DNA of 63,963 nucleotides, the filler included, from Octopus bimaculoides (Eukaryota), in NCBI RefSeq assembly GCF_001194135.2. It is 6 parts of 5 records of this genome, joined end to end, with 100 filler letters (N's around TTAATTAATTAA, not from the genome) between each part and the next. Parts side by side here need not be neighbours in the genome. Positions count along the whole stretch, not along the records: positions 62,893 to 63,963 come from NW_026409362.1; 5 more parts are not named here. One strand, 5' to 3'. The position numbers and the translations under genes were made by a program. The first letter of the stretch is position 1, and each line of letters starts with the position of its first letter. Below the pieces are notes generated by a model. It was not told where the DNA came from and did no database searches. It saw nothing but the letters and a program-made list of their open reading frames with translations. Below, one piece after another: positions 62,793 to 63,963 of the stretch.

Positions 62793-63963
62793 NNNNNNNN
62801 NNNNNNNNNNNNNNNNNNNNNNNNNNNNNNNNNNNNTTAATTAATTAANNNNNNNNNNNNNNNNNNNNNNNNNNNNNNNNNNNNNNNNNNNNATATATAT
62901 ATATATATGTATATACATACCTACATATATATGTATATATACATGCATATATGGGTACAGGACGTCAAAAAAAATGTGAACAAAAATGAAAAACGAGAAC
63001 ATAGAAAAACAAAACATGAAAAATGGACTTTTTTCGAACAACGAAAGAAACAAATAGAGAAATGAGACAGGCAACATAAAGAACAATCCCTTCATCAGTT
63101 GTCCCCTGTTTTATCTACTCCGCGTGGGCCTCCTCCGGATTTGTGTATTTCTACAAACGATACACACACACACATACACACACACACATACACACACACA
63201 CATATATATATATAAATATTGGGTTGACCCGGTACTATAGTAAAAGACACTTGACCAGAGGTGCTGCACAGTGGAACTGAACCCGTTACCAAGCAGTTTG
63301 AGAGCGAATTTCACCGCACAGCCATGACTATAAGAACAAATCGAAAAAACAAATCGATATGAATTGTAAAACTGTGTCCACTTGAGACTATCCTCCGCAA
63401 AATGGCCTTCCGGCCTGCTAGCTACATTTCTCGTTTAATGAAAATTTCTCAAAAGCCCTCACTAGATGTCACTCTTGTGACATCCTACGACAGAGTGTAA
63501 TTTATAAAATAGTTTCCGATGAAAACCAGTCAGCTGGATGGATTCCTGACAAAATCTAATTAGATGAAATTTCAAACGATATCACCAGCTTTTTACACCT
63601 GAAATGTCGCCATTGTCAAGACGTTCGTCCGTTCTGCTGATAGACTAATCGGAATAAATATTTAATTTGTATGTGTGTGCGGGGGGTGGGGGTGCGTGTG
63701 TGTGTCTGTTTGGGTGTGCGTGTGTATGGATCTGCAAAGGAATAGGACAAATAGTTGTAATCACCTGTCTGTGTGGGGGGGGGGGATTTTATTCCGAAGT
63801 TGAGGATTTAATTTGTCAATATTCCGTCTTCTATCTATATATGTGTGTGTGTATGAGTAAATGTGCACACGAATGTATATGTATTTATGTATATACACAC
63901 ATGCCATCATGTGTGTGTGTATATATGTGTGTGTATATATGTATGTGTGTTTGTATATATATA

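Noticed and set aside
63020-63110. GGACAA-CUGAUGA...GAAA-AAA-GUCC hammerhead-like string on the - strand
   Set aside because: No convincing stem II closure and no UH cleavage site.
63465-63484. 8-bp hairpin GATGTCAC-TCTT-GTGACATC
   Set aside because: Short enough to occur by chance in 64 kb, with no supporting context.

Overview
AT-rich, repeat-saturated animal genomic scaffold, about 12% N gaps, most of them flanked by (CA)n/(TA)n microsatellites. It looks like intronic or intergenic DNA of an octopus or other cephalopod; this is inferred from the SINE, Dong/R4, RTE and microsatellite repertoire and is not proven. I could not identify an intact, nameable host gene: only a few candidate spliced exons, the best on the - strand at about 48597-48778. 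Recognisable content: two decayed Penelope-like retroelements (PLEs), a near full-length mariner plus deleted mariners and MITEs, a Helentron-type non-autonomous element, Dong/R4 LINE fragments in (TAA)n tracts, CR1/L2-like and RTE LINE fragments, and many copies of about four SINE-like families. Most notable observations: (1) about ten type I hammerhead-ribozyme motifs from several unrelated repeat families, one essentially canonical and preceded by a 13-bp tandem array made from its own 5' arm; (2) an 82-nt tRNA-like cloverleaf with encoded CCA and a T6 tract, forming the loop of a 76-bp near-perfect inverted repeat; (3) a PLE with in-frame TGA at two conserved Cys positions, a possible selenocysteine-type element; (4) a perfect 15-bp hairpin that masks a consensus 5' splice site with a U1-like sequence. 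All calls were made by eye, without database searches.
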